Positions 59,513 to 64,000 of a stretch of DNA of 64,000 nt are shown piece after piece. Source of the stretch: Pseudomonadota bacterium (GTDB lineage: Bacteria > Pseudomonadota > Gammaproteobacteria > Burkholderiales > SG8-39); contig JBFMFX010000006.1 in NCBI GenBank assembly GCA_040752005.1, positions 10,539-74,538 on the forward strand, read 5' to 3'. Each line of letters starts with the position of its first letter. Positions within the stretch are counted from its first letter, which is position 1. The position numbers were made by a program, and so were the translations under genes. Under the pieces are notes generated by a model, which had not been told where the DNA came from, ran no database searches, and saw only the letters and a program-made list of their open reading frames with translations.

Positions 59513-59971
59513 ATGAGCGAGAGCGAATTTCCCTCGATCGAGGCGGCGTTTCCGTGCCGCGTGCACTGGGGCGACTGCGACCCGGCCGGGATCATCTTCT
59601 ACCCGACGTATTTCCGCTGGATGGACGCGGCGTCGTGGGCTTTCTTCGAATCGGTCGGCTACGACGCGGCGCGCTTTCGCGCCGAGCACCGGGCCATGCC
59701 GCTCGTCTCGGCCGACTGCCGCTTCAAGGCTCCTGCGATTCACGGCGACCGCTGCGAGGTGCGCTCGCGGATCGCGCGCTTCGGCGGCAAGTCCTTCGTC
59801 GTTGCGCACCGCATCTTGCGCTCGGACGGGGAACTGCTCGCCGAGGGAACCGAAACCCGTGTCTGGGGCCGCTACGCTGCGGGCCCGGGAACGCCGCTCC
59901 GGGGCGAGGAAATTCCCGAGGCGGTGAAGGCGTTGTTTCGCGCCGCGGCCGGCGCACCGGCGGGCCGATAG
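59513..59971 (+). CDS. 4HBT/YbgC-type acyl-CoA thioesterase
   Basis: 152 aa from ATG 59513. VHWGDCDPAGIIFYPTYFRWMDAA is the hot-dog thioesterase N-terminal motif. Confidence 0.8.
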   Translation: MSESEFPSIEAAFPCRVHWGDCDPAGIIFYPTYFRWMDAASWAFFESVGYDAARFRAEHRAMPLVSADCRFKAPAIHGDRCEVRSRIARFGGKSFVVAHRILRSDGELLAEGTETRVWGRYAAGPGTPLRGEEIPEAVKALFRAAAGAPAGR

Positions 59972-60090
59972 GAGCCCGCCCCGGGAGGCGGCCTCGAACC
60001 GCGGTCATCGCGGCGAGCCGCCGCTCGTCGCCGGGTGCCTTGGAGCGGATCTCGTGGTGTGACGCGAACCTCGGGCGGGCCGCCCGCGGC

Positions 60091-61206
60091 CTAGCCGCTG
60101 CCCCAGACCTCGGCCGCCGTTTCCACCACCAGGCGCAGCTTCGCGCGCTGGTCCTCGACGGTGATCTTGTTGCCGTGCACGGTGCTGGAGAAGCCGCACT
60201 GCGGGCTGAGCGCGAGCTGCTCGATCGGCACGTACTTCGCCGCCCCGTCAATACGGCGCTTGAGATAGTCCTTCTTCTCCAGCTCGCCGCGCTTGGTGGT
60301 GACCAGCCCGAGCACGACGATCTTGCCCTTGGGCAGGAACCTGAGCGGCCGGAAGTCGCCCGAGCGCTCGTCGTCGTACTCGAGGAAGTAGGCGTCCACC
60401 TGCATCTCGGTGAGCAGCGCCTCGGCCACCGGCTCGTAGCCGCCCTGCGCGGCCCAAGTACTCTGGAAGTTGCCGCGGCACAGGTGAATGGCGAGGGTCA
60501 TGCCGGCGGGCTTTCGCGCCACCACGCGGTTGATGAACTTTGCGTAGCGGTGCGGCAGCTCGTCCGGGTCGTCGCCGCGCGCGCGCGCGGCCGCGCGCAT
60601 CTTGTCGTCGCACAGGTAGGCGAGGTTGGTGTCGTCCATCTGCACGTAGGTGCAGCCGGCGCGGGCGAGCGAGGCAAGCTCCTCGCCGTACGCCTGCGCG
60701 ACATCTTCGTAGAAGTCGGGCTCTAGCTCCGGGTAGTGTTCCTTGCTGATGCCGGCGCGCCCGCCGCGAAAATGCAGCATCGTCGGCGACGGGATGGTCA
60801 CCTTCGGGGTGCGCTTCGTGCACGATTTCAGATACAGGAAATCGGCGAGCTGGATGTCCTTGACGTGGCGCACCTTGTCCACCACGCGCATCACCGGAGG
60901 GGCGAGCTCCTCGGTGCCGTCGGGCTTCTTCACCAGTTTCGGCTCGTCGGTCTTGACCCCGCCCAGCTGCTGCAGGAAGTCGATGTGGAAGTACGTGCGG
61001 CGAAACTCGCCGTCGGTGATGGACTGCAGCCCCACATCCTCCTGGAACTTCACGATCTCGGCGATCGCGCGGTCCTCGACGCGGCGCAGTTCCGCCGCGC
61101 CGATCTCGCCGCGCGCCTTTTTCTCGCGCGCTTCGAGCAGGTACTGCGGGCGCAGGAAGCTGCCGACGTGGTCGGCGCGGAACGGGGGGGTGGTACGTAC
61201 GGTCAT
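60091..61206 (-). CDS. MetE-like (cobalamin-independent methionine synthase II / UROD-MetE superfamily) protein
   Basis: About 371 aa from ATG 61206 (MTVRTTPPFRADHVGSFLRP...). It has FRRTYFHIDFL and HLCRGNF, a Zn-ligand-like context. The listed TTG start at 61227 adds 7 residues. Confidence 0.7.
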   Translation of the reverse strand: MTVRTTPPFRADHVGSFLRPQYLLEAREKKARGEIGAAELRRVEDRAIAEIVKFQEDVGLQSITDGEFRRTYFHIDFLQQLGGVKTDEPKLVKKPDGTEELAPPVMRVVDKVRHVKDIQLADFLYLKSCTKRTPKVTIPSPTMLHFRGGRAGISKEHYPELEPDFYEDVAQAYGEELASLARAGCTYVQMDDTNLAYLCDDKMRAAARARGDDPDELPHRYAKFINRVVARKPAGMTLAIHLCRGNFQSTWAAQGGYEPVAEALLTEMQVDAYFLEYDDERSGDFRPLRFLPKGKIVVLGLVTTKRGELEKKDYLKRRIDGAAKYVPIEQLALSPQCGFSSTVHGNKITVEDQRAKLRLVVETAAEVWGSG

Positions 61207-61317
61207 GGCGGACACTCTGTGATGCAAGCGCGCGATTTTAGTGCCGGCGGCACGGGCGCGGCGCCGAGTCCTCGAAGACCAGCGGCTCGTCCGGGAACCG
61301 GATTGCGGGGCGGCGGC

Positions 61318-61953
61318 TCACTCCGCGTCGGGCTGCCGGGCAGGCTGCGCGCGCTCGAAGGCATCGAGCTTCATGCACTCGGCGAAAACGCGCATCAGCG
61401 TCGGGTACGGCGCGGTGTCGCACTGGTAGCGCTGGGCGTTGAACACCTGCGGCACCAGACAGCAGTCGGCGAGGGTGGGCGAATCGCCGTGCGCGAAGCG
61501 CCCCGTTTCCCCGCGCGCCAGCTCGGCTTCCAGCTTCTCCAGCCCGTCGGCGATCCAGTGGCGGTACCAGGCGTTCACCTGCTCCTCGCTCTGCCCGAGC
61601 GCGCGGCGCAGGTGCTGGAGCACGCGCAGATTGTTGAGCGGGTGGATTTCGCAGGCGATGAGCAGCGCGAGCGAGCGCACCCGCGCGCGGCCGAAGGCGT
61701 CAGCCGGGAGCAGCGGCGGTTGCGGGTGCGTCTCCTCGAGATACTCCAGGATCGCGAGCGACTGGGTGATGAGCCTGCCGCCGTCCTCCAGCGCCGGCAC
61801 CAGCCCCTGCGGGTTGATCGCGGCGTATTCGGGCCTGCGGTGCTCGCCCCTGGCGAGGTGCACGAACACCGGCTCCCAGGCGAGGCCCTTGAGGTTGAGC
61901 GCGATGCGGACGCGGAACGCCGCCGAGCTGCGGAAATAAGTATACAGTCGCAC
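61318..61953 (-). CDS. maiA: maleylacetoacetate/maleylpyruvate isomerase (GST zeta)
   Basis: 211 aa. MRLYTYFRSSAAFRVRIALNLKG...INPQGLVPAL...SLAILEYLEE is the zeta-class GST signature. Confidence 0.9.
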   Translation of the reverse strand: MRLYTYFRSSAAFRVRIALNLKGLAWEPVFVHLARGEHRRPEYAAINPQGLVPALEDGGRLITQSLAILEYLEETHPQPPLLPADAFGRARVRSLALLIACEIHPLNNLRVLQHLRRALGQSEEQVNAWYRHWIADGLEKLEAELARGETGRFAHGDSPTLADCCLVPQVFNAQRYQCDTAPYPTLMRVFAECMKLDAFERAQPARQPDAE

Positions 61954-61960
61954 CGGCGGC

Positions 61961-62653
61961 TTACAGCGGCGGCGCGATGGTGACGCGCAGCTCGCCGACG
62001 CCTTCGATGCCGGCGTGCAGCTCGTCGCCGGGCTGCACCGGCCCGACCCCCGCGGGCGTGCCGGAGAATATGAGGTCGCCCGCCTCCAGCGTGTAGTACT
62101 CCGACAGGTAGGCGATCTGCTCCGGCGCCGACCAGATCATGTCGGCCAGATCGGCGCGCTGGCGCTCCTTTCCGTTCACGCGCAGCCAGATCGCGCCCCT
62201 GGCCGGATGGCCGATGCGCGCAGCCGGCTCCAGAGCGCTGCAGGGCGCGGATTCGTCGAAGTCCTTGCCGAAGTCCCACGGCCGGCCGTGGTCCTTGCCC
62301 CACTGTTGCAAGTCGCGCCGCGTCATGTCGAGACCGACCGCGTAGCCGAATACATGCGCGTTCGCCTGCGCTGCGGCGATGCGCCGGCCGCCGCGGCCGA
62401 TGGCGACCACCAGCTCGGTTTCGTAGTGCAGGTTCGACGTCTTCGGGGGATAGTGCACCCGCCCGCCGCCGGGCACCAGCGCGTGCGCCGACTTGGTGAA
62501 GAAGAACGGCGCCTCGCGGCCGTCGCCGCCCATCTCCTTCTGGTGCTCGACGTAGTTTCGCCCGACGCAGAAGATGCGCCGTACCGGGAAAAGCTCCGCG
62601 CTGCCGGCGACCGGCAGCGCCGGCGGGCTCCAGAGCGGAATGACGTAGGCCAT
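61961..62653 (-). CDS. fumarylacetoacetate hydrolase family protein (fumarylpyruvate hydrolase-like)
   Basis: 230 aa from ATG 62653 (MAYVIPLW...RIFCVGRNYVEHQKEMG...ETELVVAIG). The listed 302-aa ORF is over-extended into the ligase gene. Confidence 0.85.
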   Translation of the reverse strand: MAYVIPLWSPPALPVAGSAELFPVRRIFCVGRNYVEHQKEMGGDGREAPFFFTKSAHALVPGGGRVHYPPKTSNLHYETELVVAIGRGGRRIAAAQANAHVFGYAVGLDMTRRDLQQWGKDHGRPWDFGKDFDESAPCSALEPAARIGHPARGAIWLRVNGKERQRADLADMIWSAPEQIAYLSEYYTLEAGDLIFSGTPAGVGPVQPGDELHAGIEGVGELRVTIAPPL

Positions 62654-62693
62654 GCGGGAAGTTCCTGGGGAAAGCCTGGCGAAGGCGCGTATG

Positions 62694-64000
62694 TTAACGC
62701 CCCTCGCCCGCCTCGCGCAGCAGCATTTCGCGCAGCCGGAAGCGCTGCACCTTCCCAGTCGCGGTGCGCGGCAGTTCCGCCACCGCCCGGATCCACTTCG
62801 GGCGCTTGTAACGCGGCAGCCGCTCGGCGCACGCGCGCTCGGCGGCGGCGACGGCGCTCTGTTCGTCACCGCGCGCGACGACGAACAGCGCGAGCCGCTC
62901 GAAACCCTCGGCGTCGGCGACCGGCACGCACGCCGCTTCGGCGATCGCCGGATCGGAGCTGACCGTTTCTTCCAGCTCGCCCGGGCGCACCCACTGGCCG
63001 GCGATCTTCACCAGCTCGTCGGCGCGCCCCTGATGGATGTAGTAGCCGTCGGTGTCGCGCACGAACAGATCCTGCGTGCAGAACCAGCCGTCGCGGAACT
63101 GCGCGCGCGTCTGCTCCGGGCGGTTCACATAGCCTTGCGCCAGCGCCGGATGGCGCAACCACAGCACCCCCGGCTCGCCGGCCGGCGGCTCGGCGCCGGC
63201 GGCATCGCGCAGGCGCACCTCGGTGAGCGCGAGCGGCTTGCCGGTGCGCCCGCCGCGGTTGTCCTCTGCGGCGATTGCCGGCGGCATCATCAGGCAGGCG
63301 CAGTAGGACTCCGAGGTGCCGTACAAGCTCAGGATTTCCCCGCCCACCTGCGCGCGCCAGGCTTCGACAACCGGTGCCGGCAACCGCTCGCCGGCGGCGA
63401 CGAAGTGGCGGATTCTGCGCAGCGGCTCAAGCCGCTCCGACCCCTCGGCGAGCAGTCGCCGGTAGAACGAGGGCACGCTGAACATCGCCACCGGCGAATG
63501 CCGCGCCGCGGCCTCGATCGCGGCGGCCGGCTCGGCCCAGTCGGCGAGCGCCACGCCGGTCGCGCCCAGCGCGAGCGGCCCGAGCAGCCCGTGCTCCAGA
63601 CCGTAGGCGAAGAAGAACTTGGAGGTGGTGAAGACGCGCTCGCCGGGCCGGATGCCGAGCGTCCTGAGCGCCTCGCCCGAGGCGAGGATCGAGCGGTGCG
63701 TATGCACGATGCCTTTCGGCTTGCCGGTGGTGCCGGAGGAGTAGAGCCAGAACGCCGGATCGTCGGCGCGCGCCTCGTACGCGGGCGCGGGCTCGGCGCG
63801 TGCGAGCGCGGCGCGCCAGTCGTGCGCGAGCGCCGGCACCGTCGCGCCGGCAACCGCGAGCCGCCCCGAGCGCGCGTGCTCGGCGGCGAGATCCGGCCGC
63901 GCCGCGGCGAACACGTCCTCGACGATCGCCAGGCGCGCGCCGCTGTCGGCCGCGATGTGGCGGAATTCGTCCTCGGAGAGCTTGGTGTTGAGGGCGATCG
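62694..64000 (-). CDS. AMP-dependent aryl-CoA ligase (benzoate-CoA ligase-like), 5' end outside window
   Basis: AMP-binding motif is LYSSGTTGKPKGIVHTH. The frame stays open upstream of the listed GTG at 63914 to the window edge (IALNTKLSEDEFRHIAADSGARLAIVED...), so the gene is truncated by the window. Confidence 0.85.
   Translation of the reverse strand, partial: IALNTKLSEDEFRHIAADSGARLAIVEDVFAAARPDLAAEHARSGRLAVAGATVPALAHDWRAALARAEPAPAYEARADDPAFWLYSSGTTGKPKGIVHTHRSILASGEALRTLGIRPGERVFTTSKFFFAYGLEHGLLGPLALGATGVALADWAEPAAAIEAAARHSPVAMFSVPSFYRRLLAEGSERLEPLRRIRHFVAAGERLPAPVVEAWRAQVGGEILSLYGTSESYCACLMMPPAIAAEDNRGGRTGKPLALTEVRLRDAAGAEPPAGEPGVLWLRHPALAQGYVNRPEQTRAQFRDGWFCTQDLFVRDTDGYYIHQGRADELVKIAGQWVRPGELEETVSSDPAIAEAACVPVADAEGFERLALFVVARGDEQSAVAAAERACAERLPRYKRPKWIRAVAELPRTATGKVQRFRLREMLLREAGEGR

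Noticed and set aside
61207-61317. Cobalamin or SAM riboswitch upstream of the MetE-like gene
   Set aside because: At 111 nt the spacer is too short for a cobalamin element, and no B12-box or SAM-II-like core is visible. It contains only a small GTGCC-GCC-GGCAC hairpin and a TAAAAT hexamer.

Overview
This is 64 kb of high-GC proteobacterial chromosome (roughly 65-70% G+C by eye, not computed). It is almost entirely coding: about 58 protein genes, with no rRNA or tRNA, no IS, transposase or integrase, no CRISPR, and no phage or defence genes that I can recognise. It is the replication-origin-proximal core. rpmH-rnpA-yidD-yidC-mnmE (minus strand) diverges from dnaA-dnaN-gyrB (plus strand) at 37.2-37.4 kb. 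Two canonical parS sites lie directly upstream of mnmG-rsmG-parA-parB, which is followed by a complete atpIBEFHAGDC operon. The right arm carries a topo III-type topoisomerase, dprA, a LysM protein, def-fmt-rsmB-DUF4390-ntrY-ntrX, a 34-aa bTHX ribosomal protein gene that the ORF track misses, metH, an MFS transporter, a thioesterase, a MetE-like protein, and a maiA/FAH/aryl-CoA-ligase operon that runs off the window. The left arm carries ilvD, lgt, a REC-PAS-GAF-GGDEF-EAL protein, an FAD/FeS oxidase, an aminotransferase, a Bug-family binding protein, and a 7-gene co-directional unit (two-component system, glpD, HAD, TauE, EF-hand/BON, CoA-transferase). The synteny looks betaproteobacterial (Bug binding protein, DUF4390-ntrYX after rsmB, GTP-type PEPCK). 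Most extra ORFs in the six-frame track are antisense or out-of-frame artefacts of high GC, and several real genes start well inside their listed ORFs. I do not see a clear-cut novel multi-gene system. The best candidates for something undescribed are: (1) the TCS-glpD-HAD-TauE-EF-hand/BON-CoA-transferase unit; (2) the secreted EF-hand+BON fusion protein; (3) a terminator-like hairpin inside the pckG leader; (4) an NtrX whose AAA+ core is degenerate; (5) a small GTGA-coupled membrane ORF pair divergent from the TCS. All domain calls come from reading the translations and from memory of protein families. No searches or computations were run.
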